This document shows positions 1 through 14,437 of a stretch of 64,000 nt of DNA, piece by piece. The stretch lies in assembly GCA_951406725.2 (NCBI GenBank), contig OX597821.1:39246001-39310000 (forward strand), given 5' to 3'. Numbering within the stretch: position 1 is the first letter of the stretch; every line of letters begins with the position of its first letter. Below the pieces are notes generated by a model. That model had not been told where the DNA came from. It saw only the letters and a program-made list of their open reading frames with translations, and made no database searches. The DNA comes from Octopus vulgaris (lineage: Eukaryota). The position numbers and the translations under genes were made by a program.

Positions 1-2044
1 GATAACGTCTTGATAAATCAAGTTTACACTTGCATTCATTAGTAATTATTGGTGTCTCATTTTCATTACATTTCTAAGTTTGTTTCCATTTCTGATGTCT
101 TCGCCTGAAGCCTAAGTATTTCACTGCCTCAGTTTCACTTCTTATATATATCTCACACCTTGAACATGTGTCAGAAATCAATATATAATAATATTTTCTA
201 TTTGAAATATGAGTTTATATGTTAATGCTGTTTTATTTGTTTTAATGAAGTTTTCAGCAATAAGAGGAACACTCGTGTGTCTAATGTGAGATTTTTCTGA
301 GACTATATTATTGTGTCTTAAAACACAGAGATACATCAAAAGAATTCTTCCCACAAAAAGTTTTCTGTTTCAGAGTAGATTTCCTTTGATTAAATTTGGC
401 ATTAGTGTTAAGGGTCGGAGGTTAAAGATACACACAACCAATATAAAACTTATGATAGACTTGCAATTCTAAGCTTATCAACAGAAATGACTGATTTACC
501 ATCCTCGGCGGGGGCAGGAAGTTTTACTGATAATGTACAAGTTATCATCAACTCATTTTATTAATACCAAGTAATAAAACTGATCAGACTTAGAAACTTT
601 AAAGTATCAGCCATATATTTCTATAATAATAAAAAGAAGCACATATTACTGTGTTGTTAGGGGTAGTGAAAAACCAAAGAAATGATGAGCTGGTGAAAGA
701 GGTTCACTACTGTATGTAGTTATGAGTTGGTGGACTTAGCCAGTGGTTTTGTTTAGTTTACTGTTCAAGTGTTTTGATGGGAAGGGCCAACAATATTTGG
801 GCCACTTATTTCTGTGTCCAAGTAATATGGTGAATACTTCTTCAATGGTCTCTCACTACAAACTAATACCCCGTCTTTTTTTCCTCCAGTATCAGATTCT
901 ACAATAATATTAAATAACAATATAAGGTTGGCCGAAGCCTGAGCAACATTTTGTCTGTCTTTACATTCTGAGTTCAAATTCTGTTGAGGTTGACTTTGCA
1001 TTTCATCCTTTTGGGATCGATAAAATAAGTACCAGTTGAATACTGGGGCCAATGTAACTGACCCCGTCCCCTGAAATTGCTGGCCTTGTGTCCAAATTTG
1101 AAACCAATATCATATAATATATTCTACACTACACATTCTGAATTAACAATTCTAGTGGCTATTACATTGTTATTGTTGTTGCTCTATCATGAAAGACATT
1201 CCAGCTGTGACCACTCTGCCCTGTATTCAGAAATAGTGCCTGTTCTTCTATTAACAATGTGTAATTCCAAGACATTTAGTTGTTATTATTGTTACAAAGT
1301 CTTTGCGCCCACTTCCTGACCAGTGAATCTTCCTTGAGTGAAGTTATGGCTCACAAGAAGTCAGATTTCATCTGTGATATATCTCAAGTTCAGTCTGAGG
1401 AGGAAGGGGTGGAGGAAGAGCAGGAAGAGGTTTGGGAAATAATAAATCATGAGAAAGAACAAGAAAATATGGACAATAAGAATTGTGTGAGGTGAAGATT
1501 TCAGTTATTACTGTCTAAATAGAGAGAGAGAGAAAGAAAGAGTGAGAAAGAGAGAGAGGGTGAATTTCAACCTAGTGGGATTATAGATATTCTTGACTGT
1601 CTTAAGTAATATCTGAGAAAATTTTAGTTGTGAATTATTCAAGTTGTTAGTTTGTAGGATAAAACACCTTGCGTTATTTGTTCCAACTTTCTGGATTCAG
1701 AATTCAAATCTTACCAATGCCAACTTTACCTTTCAATCCTTTTAGGGTCAATAAAATAACAAGTGAAAGGCAGCAGATTGGGAGAACCTTTACCATTTTT
1801 GGTCATGATTCCTTTGGAGTGATTCTCCCAATTGTTTCTGTTCTGTATTCTTGAATGGTAAACTTAATCTTATACTCATTTTAGCACCACACTCTGATCT
1901 TTGGGTGCCTTTAGCAGGACCCATTCTGTTGTAAGTATTGGAACCAGGGCTCTGGGTGAAGAATAACTCTTTTTCATACACCAGTCTTGAAGGACCCGAA
2001 ATAGCCGATCCTCATTGACTGACCAGTAACAAAATATGTAATAT

Positions 2045-3130
2045 CATCATCATCATCATCATCATCATTTAATGTCTGCTTTCCATGCTGGCATGGGTTG
2101 GATGGTTTGACTGAAAACTGGTAAGCTGGGGAGCTGCACCAGGTTCCACCCTGATTTGACAGTTTCTACAGCTGGATGCTCTTCCTAACACCAACCACCC
2201 CAAGAGTGTAATGAGTGCTTTTTATGTGCCACTGGCATGTGTGCCATTGACCTGATACTGGCAATGGCCATGACTATGGTCTCACTTGGCTTGACAGGTC
2301 AACACAAGAATGGTATATTGCTAAAGGCCTTGGTCACCTGTCACTGCTTCCATGAGGCCCAATGCTGAAATGGTGCCTTTTATGTGCCCCTGGCAGAGGT
2401 GCCAGTCAGATGGCACTTGCATTGGCTACAATTATGATTTCACTTAAGTCAACAAGTCTTCACAAGCACAGCATATTGCCCAATGATTGAAGGGTGCTTT
2501 TAAGGAGCCAGTTCAGTGACTATGTTCTCACTCAGTTTGACAGGTCTTCTCAAGCACAGCACATCGCCAGAGGTCTCGATCTTTCCGTGAGGCCCAACAT
2601 TTGAAGATCGTGCTTCGCCCACTTGTCCCATATCTTCCTGGGCAACACTTCTTCACACAGCTGTCCTCAACCATACACATCACATGACCATACCAGCTCA
2701 GTCATCTCTCTTTCACACATCTGATGCTTCTTATGCCCAACTTTTCTCTTAGTATGCTTACACTCTGTTGTGCATGCACACGGACATTACATATCCAGTG
2801 GAGCATACTAGCTTCATTTCTTACAAGCCTATGCATGTCCTCAGCAGTCACAGCCCATGTTCCACTGCCATGTAGTGTGGCTGTTTGCACACAGGTATCG
2901 TGCAATCTGCCTTTCAATCTGAGCAAGAGGCCCCTTGTTACCAGCAGAGGTAGGACCTCTCTGAACTTTTCCCAGCCTATTCTTATACTAGCAGCTATGC
3001 TCTTGGAGTATCCACCCTGCTACTGACTTGGTCACCTAGGAAATGGAAGCTATCAATTACTTCTAGTTTTCCCCCAGGCATGTGATGAAATCTATTTTCT
3101 GTACCTTTTTAGTGTTGATTACCCTGCTTG
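2045..3130 (-). mobile_element. Older degraded RTE 3' fragment
   Basis: ORF 2702-2926 (KGRLHDTCVQTATLHGSGTWAVTAEDM) is homologous to the 48897-49955 ORF; it has the same 3' UTR and (CAT)n tail. Confidence 0.9.
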
Positions 3131-5174
3131 CATAAGCAAAAGCAGGGTGTTGTAGTCACTTGTCTTTGTCTGTTTGCCTGTGTGTTTGCAAAATTAATGG
3201 AAAATGGCTGAATGGATTTTCACCAAATTTGGCAGAAATACTCATTGGAAGAGTGGCTCTTTAATTATCTTCAAACATTCATAAATGCTTACATAGATAT
3301 GCGATTGTGTGTGTGTGTGTGTACAGTGATGCATTTGAAGGTTTTGGTTAATTATGAGTTGATTTCTTAATCTCACCAGAGTATAAATACTTATAATGAT
3401 GATACTTAGAAAAAAAACCCAAAATTCAGTTCAATTGAAAAGCATGGGTAAGCAATGCATTATAAGCCACACTATAATTTGTGAAAAAGTTTATCTGCAT
3501 GCATAGGTAGGCACCGCTGAGCTGATGCCTTTTTTTTTCATTGTACCTGTGCACCTTTAACACCCAAACACTAAATGGAATTGTAGCTGTCTTTTGTTGA
3601 ATTATTAGATCAAATACAGGCACTCTTTTTATGAGAGTGGGCCTAAAGAATTATTGTTTACGTAAACCAGATCACATCACTGCAAGGATAATTTAACAAA
3701 CATTAAATGTAGCACAGACAATGTTTATGTAGTAATGCATAAACACCATACATTAAACTAAATTATATTCTAAAACTTTGGAAAATAGTGTGAGAGACAG
3801 ACAAAATGAAATTATTCAAATTAACAGCCAGACTTAAAGATTATGTTAAAAAAAAAAAAGTTATACATATATACATACAAAACAAAAATACCCTGTTGTT
3901 GATGTTGAAATTCTAATGAAGGAGCCTTGGATCTAGGTTAGAAACCAACTCTTTCTCTATTGGCAAGAAATCTTGAAATAAAATTGAATAATAACATACA
4001 TATATACATATCTATCTGTCTGTCTGTCTATCTATATTATGCACACACACACATACTCATAAATATACCTATATAAACATACATAGATGTATATATGCAT
4101 TATTTAATAACAGTTTGATTTGGTTTAATGTAGCTCAAAGTTCTGTGGGTTTGAAAATGAATGTAGCCCTTCAGGCTTAGATAAAATGAATGGAAAAAGT
4201 GCAAGATGGCTACTGGATATTCAGCTGTTTCTGGTCAAGGCAGGTCATGTGGTATTGGTGATATCAATATTGATATAGTAGTGACATCAAATAGAGATAG
4301 AAATGTCAATCTGTATTTATAGGACCATGTGGTTGGGCAGGATGAGGGAGATTCCTGGCTGTCTAGAGGATGAAGAGAGAATTGTTAGCAACACTAGTTG
4401 TTAGTGTGTGTCTGTATGTGTGTGTGTCTGTATTGCATGCAATATTGGCTCATTGGTGGGTATGTACATGTGTGATTGGGTGTGTGTATGTGGTGTATAT
4501 GTGTAAGTGTGTGTGTATCAGCTGTGTGCATGTGTGTACGTATATGTGTACGTTGGCATCTGCTGTGTGTGCTCATATACATTTGCATTATAATCTGCTG
4601 TGGGTATGTATCCGTATGTATGTGTTTGGCAAGCATGTGTACATATGAATATGTCTGATATGCATGTATATGCAAATGTCTGCATTTGTGTCAGTATGTG
4701 TGCATGCATATCTGCATGAACAAGTATGTGTATGGTTATACCTTGTGTGTGTGTATATGCATATGTCAGGTATTTATATGTGTGAGCATGTGTGCAGTGT
4801 GCACTGGTGTGTGAACATATGTGACTGATGTGTGTGTGTGTGTGTGTACGGATGTATTGGTGTGTTGTGTTTGGTGCCATGCAGTTGCCATGGTATCATT
4901 GAGGGGGGTTAACCAGACTTGTTGTTGGATTAAGATTTGGCAGTGCTTGGGGAAGAAAGGAAGGAAGGAAGGAAGGAAAGCAGTATATACATAGTCATAC
5001 ATATACATTTAAGTATAGGTATACATATGGCCTGCTTGCCTAGCTAGTGGAGTGGCATCATTTGAAAAGTAAAACAATGAGAAGTGCATTGTGACCAGTG
5101 ATGTATAACAACAGTCAATATTCTGGTTGATATCATGTTATTGTGACATGTACATACATATATATATATATTAT

Positions 5175-5399
5175 ATACTGTTGTGTCTGGGGAGAGTCAT
5201 TTTCTTTTTGTGCCTAATAATGTAACACACTCACCGGTAAAATTTCCACTTTTTTTCTTATTTTTATTTTTCCTAAAACTTTACCAGTGGTGTGTTACAT
5301 TATAAGGCAAACAAAGAAAATGACTCACCCCAGACACAACAGAATATGCTTCAACACACGAAATCATATAAAAAATCTTGTAAACCAAATCCCAAAACG

Positions 5400-5402
<3 letters not shown>
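5175..5402. repeat. Fold-back repeat embedded in (TA)n; same family in opposite orientation at 12722-12947
   Basis: tgtctggggagagtcattttctttttgtgcct...gtaacacac and its reverse complement occur at both loci. ORFs 5292-5558(+) and 12613-12855(-) share the same peptide. Confidence 0.85.
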
Positions 5403-5445
<43 letters not shown>

Positions 5446-6820
5446 TTATAAAAACAATTATGAAAGATTCCAGAAAATATGTAAGAGAGGAAGGTTTGGG
5501 TGGATTAGTCTGTGATTTGTGTGGACAGCTGAGGTCATACACACACACACACACTTGATTGGAAATAAGTGATAGTGGGCAGAAGGAAGTGGCTGCAGTG
5601 TTGTAGAAAATCTCTCTCAGTGAACTTTGATTGATCCATGCATCCTCTCTGCTGCAATTTGTCCAGGTCTGCTGTAGATGAAAAAGCTTCATTTTTGACA
5701 ATATCTTTACAGATTTCTTGCTGAGAATTCTCTCTCTATTATCTTTATTCCTAGAAGAACTTTAACATAACACAACAAACCAACAAAACACATAATCAAT
5801 CACACAATGCCCCACCCTCACGCCCATCCTTGAGTACCCTCTCATGTTATCTTTATCCTGTCACAGCTCTCCGGACTACATTAGAGACTGCTTAGTATTT
5901 TCAACACAGATTGTAGACAGTGCTTTTGGACACAAAGTGATACCTAGTATGCCATTCACCTTCATTGTTACATGTTCTCATGAGGACGATGATGATAATG
6001 GCAATGATGGTTTCAAATTTTGGCACAGGGCCGGCAGCTTTTGAGGAGAAGGCGAAGTCATTTACATTGGCCGCCTTTGCTGTACTTTCTTATAAACCTT
6101 GTCAGGATAAAAGGCAAGGTTGTCTCTGATAGAACTTGATCTCAGAATGTGAATATGAACAAAATATTGGTCAGCATCGTGTCTGGGATGCTAATGATTC
6201 TGTCAACTCACCACCTCACATGACCTCGATATTGAGAACAACAATGATGTTTACTTTCCAGATTGTGAGGTTTGTAGACAGTTATTCCGTCAACTTTGCC
6301 ACTGGCAATCAATTCTGTCTCATTTAGTCATGTAACACATTAAATGATCAGAACACCTCTTCAAGACTGTATAAAATGCTACAGTCTGGTAGGTTCCATT
6401 CTGAGATAACTTAGATTTATTGCAGTTTAATGGCATCTTTGTGATTTACAACAACACCCTTCGGGGTTCACTTCTATGATTCTTGCTGTCGATTGTTTTC
6501 TGAATCTTTTGGAATGTTTAATAGTTGAGTGTCTTGTCTAAGATTACATTACATCACTAGTAATCAGGTAAGAAACCCTGACCATTCGGTTGGTGGTCTT
6601 ACATCAAATGTAGACTTGGTCAGCTCTAGCCATCAAGTGTCCCATTACGAAATTAATAATATCTGTCTGGTAAACATAGACATATTACAAGATTGTTGAC
6701 AGTGATTGAGTTCTCTACATAAGACAATGCATAGGAAGCCAGCCACGGACAGAAGAATCTGGGGAATGATAAAGTTGTGACAATGCTGTAAACAGTTTGT
6801 GCCATTGAATTTGGTTGTCG

Positions 6821-6856
<36 letters not shown>

Positions 6857-8496
6857 CGACACATAATGAGGACAATGAGGAAACTGATGTAAGAGAGTCT
6901 GTTGTATCACTGAACAAATGTATTATTAACAAGACATCAATTTTACTTATTTGGTCATTTTGTTTTTTACAACATTCATCAGAGAGGAATAATCCTGATG
7001 TGATTCCCAATGTTTTTAGTGGGAGATCAATAAAATATTATCAATCATTGTATTGACAGTTTCAAATTTACTTCCCTCCATCACTGAATACTTCAGATTC
7101 TCAGAATACACAACTTTGCTAACCACTTTTTCTTTTATTCTTCTTCATACATTACTATTATTATTATTACTAGCTGGACCCGTGAAAACTTCACGGAAAA
7201 CATAAAAAATGTAAGCATCTGTAAACAGTGTATTGGTGCCATGAGAAATGTTTGTATATTATGACCTTCTCTCTTTACGTTCTAAGTTCAAATTCTGCTG
7301 AAATCGATTTTGTCTTTCGACCTTTCGGGGTCGATAAATTAACTATCAGTTGTGTACTGGGGTCGATCTAATCAACTGACCCCTCCCCACAAAAAAATTC
7401 AGGCCTAGAAAAGTATATTGTGACAGTTACAGAATATAGAAAGTAATGTACCACCAATGGCTATATAATCCAACCAAAATATCTCAGTTACACAAACATA
7501 AACGGAATTACTATTTAACCTTAAAATACATTGTACATATTCAAAGGACCTTAATGTACAAGTTGAAATGCAAAAGAACGAAATAATAAATGGATTTATG
7601 AATGAAAGTTTGGTAATTGAGTTTATTTCCACCATGCGACCCTTATTACTGCAAACATGTTTTAACGTAAACTAAACACACTCACAAATACATTCATATA
7701 TATATGTCTTGAGCTGTAGCTGTAATTCAAAGGGGCCAGCCTTGTCATATTCTGTGTGAGGCTGAATCTCCCTGAGAACTACATTAATATTATGCATGTC
7801 TGTGGAGTACTCAGTCACTCATGAGTTAATTTTATCCTCGTGGGGCAATGAAAAGTGAAATTGACATCCAATATTTGCTGTGTGTATATATCTATGTATG
7901 AACTTTTCTACTGTCTCTCACTTTCTCTCTTACTTCCTTTGTGTCCCTCTTCTCTCCTGGTTTTGATTTAACAGTGTGTATATGAATCTATGTATCTACT
8001 TCTCTTGTGATGTGATAAACATTTAAAAACACAAAACGAATGCCATCACCACTCATTGTCTCATACACTCTCTCTCTTTTCCTCTCTCACTTCCTCTCTG
8101 AAACATTTAAAAACAAAATGAATGCTGTCGCCACACACTGTCTCTTTCACTCTCTCTCTCTTTTTCTCTCACTCTCCCTCTCTCTTATTTCCTCTCTGTC
8201 CTCTCTCTCACTTACCCACTTTGAAGTGTGACGCATACAACAGGTACATACAAAAACAAAAAGTTAGCATATTGATATTATTGATTCTAAAAGGATTGAT
8301 GTATCATCATTATTATTATTGTTGTTATTGTTATTATTATCTCAGTGGAAAGTTCTGAGTTGAAATTCTGCTGAGGTTGACTTTGTGTTTCATGCTTTCA
8401 TGGTCAATGAAATATATACCAGTTAAATACTGGGGTTGATGTAATTGATTAGTCATCTCCAAACTTTCTGGTCCAGTGCCAACATTTGAAATCTCA

Positions 8497-8497
8497 T

Positions 8498-8535
<38 letters not shown>

Positions 8536-8536
8536 T

Positions 8537-8574
<38 letters not shown>

Positions 8575-8755
8575 TTATCATTATTATTATTACTATTATT
8601 ATTATTATCATTACTATTACTATTATTATTATCATCATCATCATCATCATTATTATTATTATTATTAATATAATTGTTGTTGCTGTTTTGATTCTCACTG
8701 TTTTATTATTATTATTGTTGTTGTTATTGTTATTATTATTATTATTATTATTGTC
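8497..8755. repeat. (TAC/TAT/CAT)n compound trinucleotide microsatellite
   Basis: Direct inspection. Confidence 0.97.
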
Positions 8756-9654
8756 ATAATATTTATTTTTGTTTAATAAGTACAAGTTTCTGAGTTATGG
8801 TTGCTTAGACCAAAACTGTTGTCCACATGAAAATATAATTTACATAACAACTTGTGCTTCTTCAAACAAGCTTATTCTACAACTCATTATTTTTAGTCTA
8901 AAATATGTTTGGTGTAAACAACTTTCACTTCTTTTGTTTTACGTTGAAATTGTTGAAGCATAGCATTGTTTGTTACTGACTTCCAGTCTGTCGGTTACTG
9001 GTTCACTGCATTTCTAATGGTGAGATGACAAGGGTATATCCGTAACTCAGTGAAGAACAACCATTATAGGGGACTTCCCTTGAAGAACATCAATTTTGTC
9101 TCTGACATTTACATCTGCTAATATAGATCCGTAAAATTAGATACAAATAAACACACACCAACACGTAAATATAGGTGTAGTAGAACAAAGTATGTTCAAG
9201 CAGTTCCAAAGTCTCAAATCAATTTATAACATATTTATATAAGACATAGAAGAGAGAACAAGGATATATAAATAAGTATAAGAATACAGCAGGTGACCAG
9301 GAAAGAGCTGACGGATTGAAAGTCCATAATGCTCCAGGAGTAGACAGGTAAACTCAAGGATAAGGTAGAAAAGAAGTCTTTAATATTCATTTGATCTAGG
9401 CAAGTAATTGCAATCCATGATATCACTAGTGAATAACTTGCAAGTGATGGAAAGGTGCAGATAGTCCTTGACAGCTGTTTCTAGGACTGTTGCATATTAG
9501 GATCAGATCTGTTCATATCAATTGCAGCTCCGAGTGTTTCAAGTAAATCATCATTGGACAGTTGTGAAATACTCATGGTTGTTTGATGATTGGTTAAGTG
9601 AAGCTCTGTATAACAGTTTGCGATGTCTTTTCAGTTTTCATAGAATAACATAAA

Positions 9655-9845
9655 TATGAGTTGGTGCTGAAAAGTTCCTGGCTTTAATGATATCATGAAA
9701 GGCCTGGGTGGAGACTTCAGGGCTTAGAAAAACTGAAAGACTGCTGCAATAAGTGTGTGAATCTGAGAGGGGAATACGTTGATTAAAATCATAATTAACT
9801 GATCCGCTTGTAATTTCTTTTACTCAAAGCCAGAAATTCACCTCC
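9655..9845 (+). mobile_element. Mariner-derived short non-autonomous element
   Basis: Ends aaaagttcctggcttt and aaagccagaaatt are partly inverted. The interior ctgcaataagtgtgtgaatctgagaggggaatacgttgattaa encodes a mariner-type C-terminus, CNKCVNLRGEYVD. Confidence 0.65.
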
Positions 9846-9858
9846 TTTTATATATATG

Positions 9859-9915
<57 letters not shown>

Positions 9916-11094
9916 TCATCATTATCATTTAACCAATGCTGTTTATGTGGCACCAGCACCAACAGGATCATCAAGTACCTTGACAGATGAACCAGTCAAT
10001 GCTGGTGCCTCATACAAAATAGTTGTGATGGTGCCATGTAATAAGCACTATATGCATGTATGTATATGTAAATATATATACTTACATACATGCATACATA
10101 CATATAACTATATGATAATATATCATAATAATGATATATATACTCTGATTTAAGGCAACATTTTTTATATAAACAATTGACTGAAAAATGATGAGCTAAA
10201 CCAAGCTAGAATCAAACCCACATATCAATGCTAACACGGCTCTGTGCACATCTGATTGGGCCAAATGCTCACCCATCAATTTCAGCCAGATTTTATGAAT
10301 ATATACTTTTACTGTTCAATACTTCTATAGTTGCTCTATCTCCATAACTTACAAAGCCTTTGGGTTTACTTACAAATAATCATTATCTAATGTAAAGATG
10401 TCTTCCTTATATAACTGATATTCAAAACACAATTAATAGTTTATTGAATCATTTTCTAACTATTTACCAATAATTATTTTGTTTCTTAGAATGGTAATAA
10501 TGTGACGTGAAGCTCATCTTGGTTTGAACTCAGACATTCAAATTTTGAACCCAAGTATACAATAAAAAATGACAGGCTGCATTCGACAGAATCGAAGTCA
10601 TCTATTCTGCAATTTATTGATTAGGAAATAAATTTGAAAAAAACTAAATAACGGATGGAACTGGTGCATGTTTTGCAGTCTAATAGCAATCATTGTTTCC
10701 TGATTTAAAAATAGGAAAGACCACAATATTTTATGCGGTATATTGTCCATTTGTCTTTGGGTCATCTATTTCTAGATGGAGATAGAGAAATATAAAAGAT
10801 GACAGCAATATTCCAAGAAACCGATACTGGTAGAGCAATAAATTATTTTAAAATATTGATATGTAATGCAGAAACTTGTCAAAAGTATGGAAACTAGTTT
10901 CCAAAAAAGACAACAATACTTCTTAAACTCGAAAAAACCACTAAACAAAACAAAACCTACACAGAAATTATTAATTCTTGTATCTTTTCTTTACTTCTCT
11001 CTTGTATTTAGAAGTTCAGCCATGCTGGAGTACCACAACTTTGACTATTTCAGCCCTAGTCACTTTGCTTAGTACATATTTCATCTACCCTCCA

Positions 11095-11565
11095 TCTAGC
11101 ATTTGCCATACTCTGAATGCCTTACTTCCCTGGGCATGGATACATTGAAACTCTGACGTCTGGCAGTTGACTTGGCAGACACCCATAAAATTATTAACCA
11201 TCTTACAAACAATAACTTTTCAAACTCCATCTGTCTAACACCCATGGAGATGTTTACAAAGTCAGAAAACAGCACAGCTCCCATGACTTTCGGAAACAAT
11301 TTTTCACGCCCAGAGTTGCTCAAGCATGGAACAAACTGCTAGCATCAGTTGTTAGTTGTTGGAGCACTGCATCCTTCAAAACTTCCATGCTTCCTGAGAT
11401 TCACCAACACTACACCTGATTTTCTCCCCTCTATATATACGCAAGCATGTGTCTGACTCATACACAGTTCACTTTCCAGACATTTGTACATTACTGCATA
11501 TGCTTTATACACACTTTTGACAAGTTGTGGTGCACCTGAGCACTGTATACAATAATTTCATTATT
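11095..11565 (+). mobile_element. CR1/L2-group LINE 3' end
   Basis: The plus frame reads LGMDTLKL*RLAVDLADTHKII...THGDVYKVRKQHSSHDFRKQFFTPRVAQAWNKL, a typical CR1-group C-terminus, and ends in a short (ATT)n. Confidence 0.8.
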
Positions 11566-12129
11566 ATATTATATCACATAAAGGACAAAATTGTCAAAGG
11601 CATAAAGGGACATAACTAAGACTAAAAACCCTATAGTGTTTTTGTTTGATGCACAGATTTTGTTTGGCTACCTCTTGCCCATATACCCACACACATATTC
11701 ATACACCTATGCACAAACATATACTCACAACACCAGCATATACATGCATACATCAACAAATTCAGGTAACCACAAACCCCATTGATTTTGTTAACGATTG
11801 GATTTTGCAAAGGTAAATGTTTGAACTAATCCCTCCAAAATATACGTATGTATATACATGCAGATAAATATCAGATTGGAGCCGGGTGCAGCCTTCTGAC
11901 TTGCCAGCCTGCAGTCAATCTGTCCAACCCATGGAAAGCGGACCTTGAATTCTCTTGTGTATTTGCATTAAATTTTAATGTTCTAGTGCATGTCTGCTGC
12001 TTACAGAGGAAGTTGAGCAGAAAATCTGCATCAAATTTTGCCAAAAGCTTTGTGATACCTGCCCAGAGGCCTACGCAAAGTTTTCAAAAAGTTTTAATTG
12101 ATCTCATCACAATCAAGGAGATCTTGTGC

Positions 12130-12697
12130 AACTGAAACCTGAGTGCCCTTTTGGTCAGCTGAAAGCAGTTTTGGCACAAACTTGGGAGACACACGTCTTA
12201 TACCCAAATCTTCAGTGACAATGGACCGTAAAGAATCTTAACTAATCTGGACATCCTCTGATACCTCATGGTTGGTGATTCAACAATTTCTCCTCACAGC
12301 TGCATGCACATCTGTGATGATTTTCTCAGTTCTGTTACTTGCAGGTGTCCCAGAACGTTTGTCAATATCGACATGTTTTCGGCCATCTTGGAAACATCTG
12401 AACTACTCGAACACTTGTGTCTGGCTCATACACTCCTCTCCATACACTTTCTGCAGCTTTGCACAGGCCTCTGAGCTGGTATTGCCATGACAACTTTCTC
12501 TGTCATGGTCAATGCAACGATCACACACTACTCACCTTCCAAGCACTACAATAAGCAGTGGAAGTGAGCTAGAACATTAAAACTTAGAGCACATGCACAG
12601 CAGAGTTCAAGGTCAATCTGTGCCAAGTGGATTTACTCTGCATGTTTTAGCTTCATTACTATGGCAACAGTACGGATACTTATTGATCAGAACCAGT
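12130..12697 (-). mobile_element. Mariner 5' fragment
   Basis: The minus frame reads RSGTPAS...IVTEDLGIRRVSPKFVPKLLSADQK (FVPKLL variant of the WVPHEL motif), with a TIR-like end near 12695. Confidence 0.75.
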
Positions 12698-12947
12698 ATA
12701 TAATATATTATATATAATATATATTTCGTTTTTGGATTTGGTTTGCAAGATTCTTTATATGAGTTTGTGGGTTGAAGCATATTCTGTTGTGTCTGGGGAG
12801 AGTCATTTTCTTTTTGTGCCTTATTGTGTAACACACACACCGGTAAAATTTCCACTTTTTTCTTATTTTTATTTTCCTAAAAAAGTGGAAATTTTACCGG
12901 TGAGTGTGTTACATTATAAGGCACAAAAAAAATGACTCTCCCCAGAC

Positions 12948-13232
<285 letters not shown>

Positions 13233-13399
13233 ATAATCATCCTTATCACTATAATGTCCATAATTTCTGCTTTTTCATGCTTGCATGTGTCAGATGTAAT
13301 TTGTTGAGGCAGATATTCGTTGGTTGGGTGTCCCTCCTGTCACCAACCTTCACCTCTTTCCAAGGAAAATAATAGTTTCTTATAACCAAATATGTTTTT

Positions 13400-13598
13400 G
13401 GCACCTGTGCAGGTGGCACGTAAAAAGCACCCACTACACTCGCGGAGTGGTTGGCGTTAGGAAGGGCATCCAGCTGTAGAAACACTGCCAGATCAGACTG
13501 GAGCCTGGAGCAGCGCCTGGCTCCCCAGACCCTGGTCGAACTGTCCAACCCGTGCTAGCGCGGAAAACGGACATTAAACGATGATGATGATGATGATG
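13400..13598 (+). mobile_element. Short RTE 3' end
   Basis: Matches 23060-23250 and ends in (GAT)n. Similar remnants occur at ~34800-34950, ~42705-42835 and ~63620-63885. Confidence 0.85.
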
Positions 13599-14239
13599 AG
13601 AAGATTGGAAATGGATGACATTACTCTTAAGACATTGGCACTTAATTACAACTATTGTTTACAGTAAAATCAAGGACGCACATACACACACACACATGCA
13701 CACACACACATACAGATACAGACACACAAACACACACACATGCACAAACATACACATACAGACACAAACTCACACACACACACACACTCATGCACATGCA
13801 TGCAGGTTTTAATTTTGAGGTTGTTAATAATTTGAAGGAAGTCTAAAAAATCACAACAGACTATTTACTGATGGAAGATGATCAGCATTAAAGCTGGAGT
13901 CTATTTATTTTAGTTTTGACTGGCTCTTCAAGATTATTTTAATGCCTTATTCAACCAGAAGTAATCAAAATCTTTTTAATGTTTTTATAAAAATAGAATT
14001 TTTAATTTTAGTTATTGAGTAAATTCCAAGGAGGATTCTTTTCAGAAAGAGAAGAGACAGTGTTGTAATATTTTGGAGCAAAATTCTAAGAAATAAGGTA
14101 ATGGGGTTGATGAAAGAGGTGGGAATAAGTAAACAAAAGACATTGAAATTGAGGGAAGGTAAGGAGAAGTCGATTGTGTTGAAGAATAGGTTGAGTATTA
14201 TTTTCATTGAATTTATTGAGGTCAAGATTTTGAAGAATA

Positions 14240-14437
14240 TTAACCATTTTGTTACCATATTCTAGTGAAATACACCGCCTTGGTTTCAATTAATTTTGAA
14301 AATAATGTAGAATTTAGCAAAATAACTTTGTCATTATTAAGCTAGTGTTTGGAACAGTACCATGAAGGTTTCAATTTAGATCACTTTAAAACAGGAGGTT
14401 TACCCAGGGGCAGTTTCAAGGGGACTGGTAGCATTAA
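14240..14437. mobile_element. ~200-bp interspersed MITE-like repeat, with a second copy at ~52545-52745
   Basis: Both copies share gaaata.a..gcctt..tttcaattaatttt.gaaataatg...ctagtgtttggaa...ttagatc.cttt.aaac.gga. This copy is bounded by TTAA-like ends. Confidence 0.55.

Larger units (their letters stand above)
765..6800 (-). pseudogene. SLC9C-like relic unit (TM11 to C-terminus), the most complete 3' half
   Basis: IVTTLSFP (~6770), STIK...QSTAR (~6480-6530), LSYLRME (~6400), open exon 5555-5750 ILSKKSVKIL...EDAWINQSSL (cf. MLAREALRLL...KDQFILVDDL), S1-like YRLTFLSLFDVT (~4280-4315), TATIP...NEKKRHQLSGAY (~3507-3590; cf. KALIP...NGKINNQLSLGY), EDRLFRVL (~1990-2013; cf. EYRLWRVV), and a possible terminal exon at 765-898. 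Confidence 0.65.

Noticed and set aside
13965-14230. Possible LINE-derived ORF fragment
   Set aside because: No diagnostic motif; too weak to call.
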